A stretch of 33,401 nt of DNA from a virus (Duplodnaviria; Heunggongvirae; Uroviricota; Caudoviricetes): IMG/VR virus record IMGVR_UViG_2724679239_000006, one strand, 5' to 3'. How positions within the stretch are numbered: position 1 is the stretch's first letter; each line of letters begins with the position of its first letter. The position numbers were made by a program, and so were the translations under genes. The notes beneath the pieces are model-generated. The model saw nothing but the letters and a program-made list of their open reading frames with translations. It was not told the DNA's origin and did not search any database. Positions 16,941 through 26,428 of the stretch are shown one piece after another.

Positions 16941-17344
16941 AGCTCTGGCCCACGCTGGGTGTCGCTTTCCTTCTGATTGCCGCATGGGGAACATCCATGC
17001 GTCTGTCGTGGTCGCTGGGCCGGGAGAACGCCAGAAACGAAGCGCAGGCCAGCGCCCTGAAAAGCACCGTCGACACCCTGAATATCATCAGCACCGGGGT
17101 ACAGGATATGCAGCAGGTGCTGGCGCAACTCCGCGTGGAAAATCAACAGCGAAATCAGGACGGAGAGGCCAGACGTGAACAGCTACGCAACGATATTGCA
17201 AAAGATGAATGCGCCCACGCTTTGCCTGACGCTCGTTTTACTGACAGGTTGCGCAGGCACGCAGAACGCGCCACGGCCAGCGCCGTCAGTCCGGCTTATA
17301 CCGCAGACGCTGACCATACCGGTAACGCCTCCCCCCTTCCCTGA
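16937..17344 (+). CDS. lysB: i-spanin (LysB/Rz-like)
   Basis: ATG at 16937 overlapping the endolysin stop; N-terminal TM LWPTLGVAFLLIAAWG followed by a charged coiled-coil-like region. Confidence 0.6.
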   Translation: MKLWPTLGVAFLLIAAWGTSMRLSWSLGRENARNEAQASALKSTVDTLNIISTGVQDMQQVLAQLRVENQQRNQDGEARREQLRNDIAKDECAHALPDARFTDRLRRHAERATASAVSPAYTADADHTGNASPLP

Positions 17345-17495
17345 CACTCCCACATGGGGAAATCTCGGTATATGGGGCGACCGCCTTCTGGATGCACTGG
17401 AAACCTGTAACGCGGATAAACGGGCCATTGAATTACTGGAGCAGCGCAGACTGCAACGACTGAACAACGAGGACAACAGCCATGCTGAAAACTGA
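17175..17495 (+). CDS. lysC: o-spanin lipoprotein (LysC/Rz1-like), overlapping lysB in the +1 frame
   Basis: Lipobox LLTGCAG after a short signal sequence; proline-rich segment TIPVTPPPFPDTP; start is either GTG 17175 or ATG 17205. Confidence 0.6.
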   Translation: MNSYATILQKMNAPTLCLTLVLLTGCAGTQNAPRPAPSVRLIPQTLTIPVTPPPFPDTPTWGNLGIWGDRLLDALETCNADKRAIELLEQRRLQRLNNEDNSHAEN

Positions 17496-17949
17496 TTCCC
17501 TGCGTGAAGCCATGACCCGTTCATGTCGATGGTGTCACGCCAACCCGGAGAAATTCACCATTTTCGTGGAGAGCGGCAACATTGAAACGACCGGAGAAAC
17601 TCCCTCGTTTGCTTACCGCTATCAGATGGTGATGTTTGTCATGGATTACGCCGGGGAGCTGGACGACCTGACTCTGCCGCTGCTGGCGTGGTTGTCGGAG
17701 AATCAGCCGCAGTTGTTGCTCAACCCTGAGCGTAATCAGGACATCAAATTTTCTGCCGTTATTAATGACGATGACAGCGCCGATATCCTGTTTACACTGC
17801 CCCTGCGGGAGCGCGTTCGCGTCACGCGCAGCAGTCAGGGCACACCACAGGCAGAACACCTGCCGGAGCCAAAACCCCGCCTGCCATCTTCCGAAGGCGA
17901 CTGGTCACATGTATTCCAGGATGTGACGTGGGGCGAAAGCGATGGATAA
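17482..17949 (+). CDS. R: Tail completion protein (gpR)
   Basis: 155 aa, size and position as P2 R. Confidence 0.8.
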   Translation: MLKTDSLREAMTRSCRWCHANPEKFTIFVESGNIETTGETPSFAYRYQMVMFVMDYAGELDDLTLPLLAWLSENQPQLLLNPERNQDIKFSAVINDDDSADILFTLPLRERVRVTRSSQGTPQAEHLPEPKPRLPSSEGDWSHVFQDVTWGESDG

Positions 17950-18577
17950 GGCATTCACCCGCGCGGATGAAACCTTCGAGGCTATCCGCGACAGCCTGAA
18001 TCAGCAGGCCATCAATAACATCGCCAGAAAGCTGGCACAGGATTTACGCCGCGCCCAGCAGGCACGTATCCGGTCACAGAAAGCGCCGGACGGGACCGCA
18101 TGGACACCACGCAGACGCCGCGTAACCCGGATACAGGAGCGCATTCGCTTTATCTGGAATAACGAAACACGCACGCTGAAAAACTGGCATCACGACACAG
18201 GGAAATACGGGCGAACCATTACCGGGTGGGATGAGGATAAAAACAATATCCGCACGTTTTACCGGGATGACATCGACCGTTTTCTGGAAATACGCACCCG
18301 ACGTATCAACCAGGACAGCACAAAGCACGTCCCCATGTTCGTAAAACTGCGCACCGCCCGTTACCTGAAAGCCCGCGCGGATGCCTCCGGTGTGACAGTG
18401 GGTTACAGCGGCGTGGCCGCACGTATTGCACGCGTTCATCAGTTCGGTGAACGCGATCAGGTTGCGCCGGGTATTTTCACCAATTATCCGGTACGTGAGC
18501 TGCTGGGTATCAGTCAGGCGGATGAGCGCCTGATTTATAACACGGTGCTGGGCCGGATTGCGGAGGCAGTACAGTGA
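17942..18577 (+). CDS. S: Tail completion/virion morphogenesis protein (gpS-like)
   Basis: 211 aa; position between R and V. Confidence 0.75.
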   Translation: MDKAFTRADETFEAIRDSLNQQAINNIARKLAQDLRRAQQARIRSQKAPDGTAWTPRRRRVTRIQERIRFIWNNETRTLKNWHHDTGKYGRTITGWDEDKNNIRTFYRDDIDRFLEIRTRRINQDSTKHVPMFVKLRTARYLKARADASGVTVGYSGVAARIARVHQFGERDQVAPGIFTNYPVRELLGISQADERLIYNTVLGRIAEAVQ

Positions 18578-19155
18578 ACGCAGAACTTATGAGACTGCTG
18601 AGCAATATCATCCGCACCGGGATCATCTCTGAAATTGATGAGAAATCCTGGTGCGTGCGGGTCCTCAGCGGCGGACTGGAAACAGGCTGGTTGCGCTGGA
18701 ACACCACGCGCGCGGGAGCCTTCAATGTGTGGCTGCCGCCATCAGTGGGCGAACAGGTGGCAATTGCCTGCATCGGCGGCAACCCGGAAACAGCCATGAT
18801 AATTGGCAGCCTGTGGAGCGATGACATTCCGGCCCCCGGAAAAAGCCTGAAAGAAATCGTGGTCAGCGCGCCGGATGGCGCGGTGTTCTGCTACGACGCG
18901 GACGCAGGCGCACTGAGCGCCAGCGGCGTGCAAACGGCCACCCTGCAGGCATCCGTCAGCGTGAAACTGGACACACCTGTCGTGGAGTGCACAAACCTAC
19001 TGAAAACAGCCGAGATTGACGTCACAAAAGGGGGAAAGATGAGCGGCAATATCACGCACAGCGGCGGCAATTTCACCTCAAACGGCATCACTGTGCATAC
19101 GCATAAACACGGTGGCGTTAAAGGTGGCAGCGATTCGACAGGAGGACCGCAGTGA
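18574..19155 (+). CDS. V: Baseplate spike/assembly protein (gpV)
   Basis: 193 aa; ATGA overlap with S; position as in P2. Confidence 0.8.
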   Translation: MNAELMRLLSNIIRTGIISEIDEKSWCVRVLSGGLETGWLRWNTTRAGAFNVWLPPSVGEQVAIACIGGNPETAMIIGSLWSDDIPAPGKSLKEIVVSAPDGAVFCYDADAGALSASGVQTATLQASVSVKLDTPVVECTNLLKTAEIDVTKGGKMSGNITHSGGNFTSNGITVHTHKHGGVKGGSDSTGGPQ

Positions 19156-19502
19156 CAACCCGCTACACAGGAATGAACCCGGACGGGACGGGAAACCTGA
19201 ACGATATGGAGCACCTGAAACAGTCAGTCAGGGACATCCTGACCACCCCGCTGGCAAGCCGGGTTATGCGACGGGAATATGGCAGTCTTGTCCCTGATTT
19301 GATTGACGAACCCATGAATAACACCACGCGTCTGCAATGCATGAGCGCTGCTGTGATTGCACTGACACGATGGGAGCCACGCATTGCCCTGAGCGCCATT
19401 GATGTTGTCTGGAAGGCGGGAGGCCGCGCCGGGGTGACACTATCGGGTACTGTCATTCAGACCATGCAGAATGTTGAATTAACCATCACGCTGAGGGAGT
19501 AA
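19152..19502 (+). CDS. W: Baseplate protein (gpW, GPW/gp25 family)
   Basis: 116 aa; GTG start with RBS GGAGGA; MTTRYTGMN...SRVMRREYGS matches the P2 gpW pattern. Confidence 0.85.
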   Translation: MTTRYTGMNPDGTGNLNDMEHLKQSVRDILTTPLASRVMRREYGSLVPDLIDEPMNNTTRLQCMSAAVIALTRWEPRIALSAIDVVWKAGGRAGVTLSGTVIQTMQNVELTITLRE

Positions 19503-19505
19503 ATC

Positions 19506-20402
19506 ATGCCTGCCGTTGACCTTTCACAGTTACCGGAACCCGCCATCATCGCGGAGCCTGATTTTGAGGCAATTCTGGCTGACACAAAGGCCATGATGAT
19601 TGCGGCTTATCCCGCCGAACAGCGTGAAGCCGTTTCCGCCGCGCTGGAGCTGGAATCAGAACCCCTGAACGTTATCGCTCAAACCATGTCGTTTCGTGAA
19701 ATGCTGTTACGCCAGCGGGTTAACGAGGGCGCACGCGCCTGCATGTTAAGCCACGGTTCAGGGACAAACCTGGACAACCTCGCGGGCAATATGAACACAA
19801 AGCGCCTGGTTATCACTCCGGCAACGGATACCACCGACGCGGTGATGGAGAGCGACACCTCGCTGAGACTGCGGGCGCAGCGGGCGTACGACGGCCTGAG
19901 TGTTGCTGGCCCGTCAGGTGCATACGAGTATTTTGCCCGCAGCGCCAGCGGTCTGGTGCGTGATGCGCGGGCTATCAGTCCGTCTCCGGCAAATGTGACG
20001 GTTTCCATCCTGTCCACTGAAGGCGACGGCACGGCAACGGAGGCGTTGCTTAATACCGTTCGCGCCGTTCTGAATGCAGAGGATACCCGCCCGGTGGCAG
20101 ACCGCCTGACCGTACAGAGCGCCAGAATCGTGACATGGCGGCTGAATGCAAAACTGTACTTTTACCCCGGCCCGGAATCCGAACCTATTCTGGCCGCTGC
20201 GGAATCGTCGTTCAGGAAGTGGCTGTCTGAGCAGGGACTTATCGGTCAGGACGTGGCGCTGTCAGCCATTGCTGCCGCACTTCATGTGCACGGCGTGCAA
20301 CGCGTGGAGATAATCGAACCCACCCAGAATATAGCCATCAGCGACATACAGGCGGCGCGTTGTGAGTCATTCACCATCAGCGAAGGTGGGCGCAATGAGT
20401 AA
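19506..20402 (+). CDS. J: Baseplate protein (gpJ)
   Basis: 298 aa; position after W. Confidence 0.85.
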   Translation: MPAVDLSQLPEPAIIAEPDFEAILADTKAMMIAAYPAEQREAVSAALELESEPLNVIAQTMSFREMLLRQRVNEGARACMLSHGSGTNLDNLAGNMNTKRLVITPATDTTDAVMESDTSLRLRAQRAYDGLSVAGPSGAYEYFARSASGLVRDARAISPSPANVTVSILSTEGDGTATEALLNTVRAVLNAEDTRPVADRLTVQSARIVTWRLNAKLYFYPGPESEPILAAAESSFRKWLSEQGLIGQDVALSAIAAALHVHGVQRVEIIEPTQNIAISDIQAARCESFTISEGGRNE

Positions 20403-20925
20403 TTCACTGTTACCACCATCAGCCAGCAATTTCATGCGTTGTGCCGAAGCCGTCGGAACGCGCATTACAGACATTCCGGTAGACCTCAACACGCTGTGGT
20501 CGCCGGACACATGCCCGGTGCATCTGCTGCCTTATCTCGCCTGGGCGTTTTCCGTTGACCGCTGGGACCGCAACTGGCCGGAGGAAACAAAGCGCCAGGT
20601 GATTCGCGATGCGTGGCTGATACACCGACACAAGGGGACCATCAGCGCACTGCGCCGGGCCATTGAGCCGCTGGGATACCTCATTCGCGTGTCTGAGTGG
20701 TGGGAGTTCGGCGGAGAACCGGGAACATTTACCGTTGAAGTCGGCACGCTGGACAGCGGTGTGACGGAGGAAATGTATCTGGAAATGGAGCGGTTGATTG
20801 CTGATGCCCGCCCGGTCAGCCGCCACATGACAGGACTGAATATCATTCAGGAAATCCCGGGGGATATTTTCGCAGCGGCGGCAACTTATGACGGTGAAGT
20901 TATCACCATTTATCCAGGCGATTAA
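20395..20925 (+). CDS. I: Baseplate/tail protein (gpI)
   Basis: ATG at 20395 overlapping the J stop; 176 aa. Confidence 0.8.
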   Translation: MSNSLLPPSASNFMRCAEAVGTRITDIPVDLNTLWSPDTCPVHLLPYLAWAFSVDRWDRNWPEETKRQVIRDAWLIHRHKGTISALRRAIEPLGYLIRVSEWWEFGGEPGTFTVEVGTLDSGVTEEMYLEMERLIADARPVSRHMTGLNIIQEIPGDIFAAAATYDGEVITIYPGD

Positions 20926-20927
20926 GC

Positions 20928-23156
20928 ATGAGTACCACAACACGAAAATTTAAAACCGTTATCACTGATACGGGTGCAAAAAAATTAGCACAGGCAGCCG
21001 CACCAGATGGCAAACCCGTCCGCCTGACACATATGGCCGTGGGTGACGGCGGCGGTACTTTACCCACGCCAGACAGTAAGCAGACCCGTCTTGTGCATGA
21101 GGTGTGGCGACATACCGTTAATCGCGTCTTCCTGGACGCAACACATCAGAACCGCATTATTGCGGAGCTGGTTATTCCTCCAGAAACGGGCGGATTCTGG
21201 ATCCGGGAAATTGGTGTGTTTGATGAGCACGGCGATTTAATCGCGGTGGGAAATACTGCCGAAAGTTACAAGCCAGCCGTTGCCGAAGGGTCCGGGCGTG
21301 CGCAAACATTTCGCACCATCCTGACCGTATCCAGCACGGCCACCGTGGCGCTTACCGTGGATAACACCATGGTGATGGCCACGGTGGATTACGTGGATGA
21401 CAAACTAAAAGAGCATGAACAGTCACGACGTCACCCGGATGCCTCGCTGACCGCAAAAGGCTTTACTCAGTTAAGCAGTGCGACCAACAGCACGTCTGAA
21501 GCACTGGCCGCAACGCCGAAAGCGGTAAAGGCTGCATATGACCTTGCTAACAGGAAATATACCGCACAGGATGCCACCACAGAGCAAAAAGGCCTTGTCC
21601 AGCTCAGTAGCGCCACTAACAGCGTGTCTGAAATGATGGCGGCAACGCCGAAAGCGGTAAAGGCCGCCTATGACCTTGCTAACGGGAAATATACTGCACA
21701 GGACGCCACCACAGCGCGAAAAGGCCTTGTCCAGCTCAGTAGTGCAACCAACAGCCCGTCTGAAACGCTGGCTGCGACGCCAAAAGCTGTTAAGGCGGTA
21801 ATGGATGAAACGAACAAGAAAGCGCCGCTGTCGAGTCCGGCACTCACCGGAACGCCAACCGCACCAACTGCGCCAAAGGGTACTAACAATACTCAGATAG
21901 CAAACACGGCGTTCGTTATGGCCGCGATTGCCGCACTTGTAGACTCATCACCTGACGCACTGAATACGCTGAACGAGCTGGCTGCGGCATTGGGCAATGA
22001 CCCGAACTTTGCGACTACTATGACCAACGCGCTTGCGGGCAAGCAGCCGAAAGACGCCACCCTGACGGCGCTGGCCGGGCTTGCTACTGCGGCAGACAGG
22101 TTTCCGTATTTTACAGGGAATGACACCGCCAGCCTGGCAACTCTGACAAAAGTCGGGCGGGATATTCTGGCTAAAGCGACCGTTGCCGCCGTTATCGAAT
22201 ACCTCGGTTTGCAGGAAACGGTAAATCAGGCCGCTGGCGCATTGCAGAAAGACCAGAACGGCGCAGATATTCCAAACAAAGATAAATTTACGCAAACAAT
22301 AGGTGCTTGCCGCTCTTTTCATGGTTCTATTAGCACAGGTGCAGGAAACTGGACGACGGCGCAATTTATTGAATGGCTGGAATCTCAGTGGGCCTTCAAT
22401 CATCCATACTGGCTGTGTAAATGCTCATGGTCATACGGCAATAATAAAATTATTACTGACACCGGATGTGGACTTATTCACCTTGCGGGTTGCGTTATTG
22501 AAGTTATGGGCAATAAAGGCGCCATGACCATTCGTATAACCACACCGAGTACCTCTAGCAGTGGTGGCACCACTAATGCGCAATTTATATATATTAACCA
22601 CGGTTCAGAGTATTTACCTGGCTGGCGACGTGACTACAACACGAAAAATCAGCAGGCCGCTTTTGCTTTAGGGCAAACAGGAAGCACTGTCGGAAATGAT
22701 AAAGCTGTTGGCTGGAACTGGAATAGCGGGGTATATAACGCAAATATTGGTGGCGCATCGACATTAATCCTCCACTTCAATATGAACGCGGGTAGCTGCC
22801 CTGCTGTACAGTTCCGCGTAAATTATAAGAACGGTGGTATTTATTATCGTTCAGCGCGTGATGGTTATGGCTTCGAGGCTGACTGGTCAGAGTTTTACAC
22901 CACAACCCGAAAACCTTCAGCAGCAGATGTTGGGGCATATACTAAAGCGGAATGTAATTCACAATTTATTACAGGTATTCGATTAGGTACAAAATCATCA
23001 GCGCAAACATGGAATGGTCCTGGCTGGGGCGATAAATCTGGTTACGTTGTTACAGGTTCCGTTAACTCAAACAAAGATGAACTTATTGATACAACACAGG
23101 CAAGGCCAGTGCAATATTGTATCAATGGCACCTGGTATAATGCGGGAAGTATTTAA
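20928..23156 (+). CDS. H: Tail fibre protein (gpH) in current orientation; C-terminal 310 aa encoded inside the invertible segment
   Basis: 742 aa; three tandem 44-aa fibre repeats; C-terminal motif QYCINGTWYN; crossover site inside the ORF at 22201..22225. Confidence 0.9.
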   Translation: MSTTTRKFKTVITDTGAKKLAQAAAPDGKPVRLTHMAVGDGGGTLPTPDSKQTRLVHEVWRHTVNRVFLDATHQNRIIAELVIPPETGGFWIREIGVFDEHGDLIAVGNTAESYKPAVAEGSGRAQTFRTILTVSSTATVALTVDNTMVMATVDYVDDKLKEHEQSRRHPDASLTAKGFTQLSSATNSTSEALAATPKAVKAAYDLANRKYTAQDATTEQKGLVQLSSATNSVSEMMAATPKAVKAAYDLANGKYTAQDATTARKGLVQLSSATNSPSETLAATPKAVKAVMDETNKKAPLSSPALTGTPTAPTAPKGTNNTQIANTAFVMAAIAALVDSSPDALNTLNELAAALGNDPNFATTMTNALAGKQPKDATLTALAGLATAADRFPYFTGNDTASLATLTKVGRDILAKATVAAVIEYLGLQETVNQAAGALQKDQNGADIPNKDKFTQTIGACRSFHGSISTGAGNWTTAQFIEWLESQWAFNHPYWLCKCSWSYGNNKIITDTGCGLIHLAGCVIEVMGNKGAMTIRITTPSTSSSGGTTNAQFIYINHGSEYLPGWRRDYNTKNQQAAFALGQTGSTVGNDKAVGWNWNSGVYNANIGGASTLILHFNMNAGSCPAVQFRVNYKNGGIYYRSARDGYGFEADWSEFYTTTRKPSAADVGAYTKAECNSQFITGIRLGTKSSAQTWNGPGWGDKSGYVVTGSVNSNKDELIDTTQARPVQYCINGTWYNAGSI
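21456..21810 (+). repeat. Three tandem 132-bp repeats (third partial) inside the tail fibre gene
   Basis: Repeating peptide KG(F/L)(T/V)QLSSATNS.SE..AATPKAVKAAYDLAN.KYTAQDATT read three times. Confidence 0.6.
22201..22225 (+). other. Invertase crossover site (left inverted repeat, gix/cix-like)
   Basis: ACCTCGGTTTGCAGGAAACGGTAAA; its exact reverse complement occurs at 25218..25242. Confidence 0.65.
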
Positions 23157-23158
23157 TT

Positions 23159-23692
23159 ATGATGCATTTAAAAAATATTAAAGCAGGAAACCCCAAAACC
23201 GTAGAACAATATAAATTAACACGACAATTTGGCGTTGTCTGGTTGTATTCTGATGACGATAAAAACTGGTATGAGGAACAGAAAAACTTTCAGGAAGATA
23301 CAATAAAATTTGCTTACACTGCCGATGGAATCATTGTGGCTGTAGATAAGGATGTATCGACAATTAATCCCGAAGGTTTAAGCGTTGTTGAGGTTCCTGA
23401 TATTACAGCCAATAGGCGGGTCGATATTTCTGGTAACTGGATGTTCAAAGATGGCGCAGTGATAAAGCGGGAATATACCGAAGAAGAACAGAGACAACAG
23501 GCGGAAAATGAGAAGCAAAACCTGTTACAACTCGTCAGGGATAAAACTCAGCTATGGGATTCTCAGCTACGACTTGGAATTATTTCTGCTGAGAATAAAC
23601 AAAAATTGACCGAGTGGCTGCTCTACGCGCAGAAAGTAGAGTCTACGGATACCTCCGTCCTGCCAGTCACGTTCCCCGAACAACCAGAATGA
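23159..23692 (+). CDS. G: Tail fibre assembly chaperone (gpG)
   Basis: 177 aa; N-terminus [21 protein letters not shown]; directly after H. Confidence 0.85.
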   Translation: MMHLKNIKAGNPKTVEQYKLTRQFGVVWLYSDDDKNWYEEQKNFQEDTIKFAYTADGIIVAVDKDVSTINPEGLSVVEVPDITANRRVDISGNWMFKDGAVIKREYTEEEQRQQAENEKQNLLQLVRDKTQLWDSQLRLGIISAENKQKLTEWLLYAQKVESTDTSVLPVTFPEQPE

Positions 23693-23695
23693 GAG

Positions 23696-23720
23696 AAGGC
23701 CCGTTCGGGCCTTATTTTTT
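23696..23720 (+). terminator. Hairpin terminator between convergent chaperone genes
   Basis: AAGGCCC-GTTC-GGGCCTT followed by a T-run. Confidence 0.5.
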
Positions 23721-24255
23721 ATTCAGGCTTTTGTGGCCATTCAGGATTTGCCGTATCCACGCGGCTGAGCAGAACGCTGTAGCGTTCCCAGCCATCCAGC
23801 CGTGTACGTTCCTCATCTGTTGCCAGATTCATCCTGACGGCACGTTCCAGCAGCCGGATGACTGATTCAGCTTCGGAAAGCAAAGCTGCTTTTTGTGATT
23901 CAGCCTGCTGTTGTAATTCATCTTCTGTATAGACTCTTTTAATTACAGCACCATCCTTAATCATCCAGTTGCCGGAAATATCAGCGCGTCGGTTTACCGT
24001 AATATTGGGTAACTCAATAACACTCATTCCCTCTGGATTAATCAGGGATGCGTCTTTCTCTATGCAGCAAATAATACCCTCCTGGTTATATGCCACTTTT
24101 AACGTGTCTGGCTGGAAGTTTTTTTGTTCCTCATACCAGTTCTTACCTTCTTCCGACCATAACCAGACAACATCAAATTCTTTTGTAAGTTGATACTGTT
24201 CGATAGTTTTTGGATTTCCTGCTTTAATATTTTTTAAATGCTGCATATTAAGCAC
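23719..24255 (-). CDS. Alternative tail fibre assembly chaperone (G-prime), inverted orientation
   Basis: 178 aa; clearly paralogous to gpG ([21 protein letters not shown] versus [21 protein letters not shown]). Confidence 0.85.
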   Translation of the reverse strand: MLNMQHLKNIKAGNPKTIEQYQLTKEFDVVWLWSEEGKNWYEEQKNFQPDTLKVAYNQEGIICCIEKDASLINPEGMSVIELPNITVNRRADISGNWMIKDGAVIKRVYTEDELQQQAESQKAALLSEAESVIRLLERAVRMNLATDEERTRLDGWERYSVLLSRVDTANPEWPQKPE

Positions 24256-25217
24256 GTCCTACATTGTACCACTGACCATTAATATATTTCTGAACAGGCG
24301 CATAGACAGGCCACTCCCAGTCGTCATCAAAGTTACCACCTGTAAGAACACACCCCGCAGGGAGTGTTCCACCTTCGCCACCCCATTTTATTCCGCTCTG
24401 GTTAGCTCCCATGCGAACGTCACGCACATAGCGGGAATCAAAATTTCCATAATTTCCGGGAATAATTTGTGAACCACAAAGCCAGTTCCCGTTATTGTCC
24501 ATATACGCCTGACCGTCAGTACCATTGGCTGTCCTTGAGTTATTAATCATGTAGATGCCAAATTGCTTGTTCCCCAGTCCACCTATCATGAACTTGCGGT
24601 CAGCGTGATTCTGGCGAAGCAACGCCTGAGCGCTATCAGTGTTAACTATATTTTTCCCAAAGATAGCGTTGTTATCGCGCATCTGAATCCACATACCATT
24701 ACTGCTGTTAATAGCAAAACGGTCTGAAAGCGTCTCCCCTGAAACATTAAGGCCACGCCCCATCGAAACAGCGCCAGTAGCGTTATTAATCCATAATGGC
24801 CTTAATCCGTTATAAGTCCCCATGTTGTCACCGGAGTTTGTCAACATGAAGTATGTGTTTGAACCATCATTACGAATAAAGAATCCGTAATTACCATAAG
24901 CAATACGAAGGCCGTTTGCTGATTTTGATATGACTTCGCCATTTACAATGGCATTAACAAGAATATTTAGCGCATCCCATTTCAGCGTCATCAGGTCTTT
25001 TGTTGTTGTGCTTTGTTTGCTTCTCCATTTGAAATATTCATTGCCGTTATCTCCCGTTTCAAACCACATGAATGAATCAGTGTCACCATCGGCATCATTT
25101 TTAAATCCAATCTTCGCCCAGTCAGAATTCCGAATCCAGGCAAGGATTGAGTCGTATTCAAAAGTAAGCCCACCGGACAAGGTATCGCCTGTCTTTTGGA
25201 CGGCGTTACCAGCCTTG
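24248..25217 (-). CDS. Alternative tail fibre C-terminal segment (H-prime), promoterless and startless until inversion
   Basis: Open frame runs through the right crossover site (track ORF 24248..25276); contains [10 protein letters not shown] matching [10 protein letters not shown] at the H crossover; C-terminal motif [10 protein letters not shown]. Confidence 0.8.
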
Positions 25218-25242
25218 TTTACCGTTTCCTGCAAACCGAGGT
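25218..25242 (-). other. Invertase crossover site (right inverted repeat)
   Basis: Exact reverse complement of 22201..22225. Confidence 0.65.
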
Positions 25243-25305
25243 TTTTGATAATGGTCGTTTCTGGCCCACATGGCATGATTTGTGCTTTTGAGCGGGAGAT
25301 TCAAT

Positions 25306-25905
25306 GTGCTGATTGGCTATGTACGCGTGTCAACAAATGACCAGAACACGGATTTGCAACGCAATGCGCTCAATAGCGCAGGATGTGAACTGATTTTTGA
25401 AGATAAAATCAGCGGAACAAAGTCAGCCAGACCGGGATTGAAAAAACTGCTCAGAACACTGTCAGAAGGCGATACGCTCGTTGTCTGGAAACTGGACAGG
25501 CTGGGCAGAAGCATGAAACACCTGATCACACTGATTGAGGAATTACGGGAAAAAGGTGTCAATTTTCGTAGTCTGACGGACAGCATTGACACATCAACAC
25601 CCATGGGGCGCTTCTTTTTTCACGTCATGGGGGCTTTAGCTGAAATGGAACGCGAACTGATAGTTGAACGTACCAGAGCAGGACTGGCAGCAGCCCGCGC
25701 ACAGGGGCGCATTGGTGGGCGTCGTCCGAAACTGACAAAAGAGCAACATGAGCAAATAGCAAGGCTGATTAAAAACGGCCATGACAGAAAACAACTGGCC
25801 ATAATTTACGGCGTTGGTATATCGACGATTTATCGTTACCACCCCGTGGGAGAATCAACCGGGACAACTGAGAAGACCAGAGGAAACAAAAAACCGCTAA
25901 TCTGA
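25306..25905 (+). CDS. Serine DNA invertase, Gin/Cin/Pin/Hin family
   Basis: GTG start giving MLIGYVRVSTNDQNTDLQRNAL; catalytic serine motif, GDTLVVWKLDRLGRSMKHL, and C-terminal HTH; near-identical in pattern to Gin/Pin as remembered. Confidence 0.9.
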   Translation: MLIGYVRVSTNDQNTDLQRNALNSAGCELIFEDKISGTKSARPGLKKLLRTLSEGDTLVVWKLDRLGRSMKHLITLIEELREKGVNFRSLTDSIDTSTPMGRFFFHVMGALAEMERELIVERTRAGLAAARAQGRIGGRRPKLTKEQHEQIARLIKNGHDRKQLAIIYGVGISTIYRYHPVGESTGTTEKTRGNKKPLI

Positions 25906-25917
25906 TCATTAGCGGTT
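25892..25917. terminator. Bidirectional hairpin terminator between the invertase and gpU
   Basis: 10-bp stem AACCGCTAAT/ATTAGCGGTT with 6-nt loop, flanked by A-run and T-run; overlaps the invertase stop codon. Confidence 0.5.
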
Positions 25918-25927
25918 TTGCGTTAAA

Positions 25928-26422
25928 TCAAAACAGCCCTTTAACTGAGCTGACTGCATTGTTAAGGGATGATGTTACCTTATCTTTAAGGCCGGACAGC
26001 ATATCGCTGAACGATGAGGATTGCAGGCGTTCCCGCAAATCCTCATCACAGCGTTCAAGGGTCAGGGAAAACTCTATCTTTTTCGCTTTCCCGTAGCGAT
26101 CCAGTTCAGAGCGGGTCGTGCTCGTTTCGGTCAGAACATACATGCCGTAAATCTGCCCGACGCCATCAATCAGAGGCCACGGGCGCCCCATATACGCCTG
26201 CGTGGTCAGCAGCGACAGCGACACTTCGCCGCCTGTAATCTCAGGATAAAGCACGCCGGAAAGAACGATGCGATCATCACCTGCACCGATATACTGCCAG
26301 CTTGCGGAACGGTTAACGCGCTCGTTTTTCACATGTCGCCAGCTTTTGTTTTGCTGTAACTGCTGATGCGGCAACGTGCGCAGCTCAAAAACAAACATGC
26401 CGTAGATCATCATCATGGCCAT
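25928..26422 (-). CDS. U: Tail protein U (gpU)
   Basis: 164 aa; pattern WRH...VVLSG..YPE..GG..SL...GK.WPLIDG.G.IYGMYV matches P2 gpU as remembered. Confidence 0.8.
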   Translation of the reverse strand: MAMMMIYGMFVFELRTLPHQQLQQNKSWRHVKNERVNRSASWQYIGAGDDRIVLSGVLYPEITGGEVSLSLLTTQAYMGRPWPLIDGVGQIYGMYVLTETSTTRSELDRYGKAKKIEFSLTLERCDEDLRERLQSSSFSDMLSGLKDKVTSSLNNAVSSVKGLF

Positions 26423-26428
26423 GACTCC

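Larger units (their letters stand above)
22201..25242. mobile_element. Invertible tail-fibre segment (Mu G / P1 C-type), about 3 kb
   Basis: 25-bp perfect inverted repeats at both ends; convergent pairs of fibre C-terminus plus chaperone inside; serine invertase gene immediately adjacent. Confidence 0.7.
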
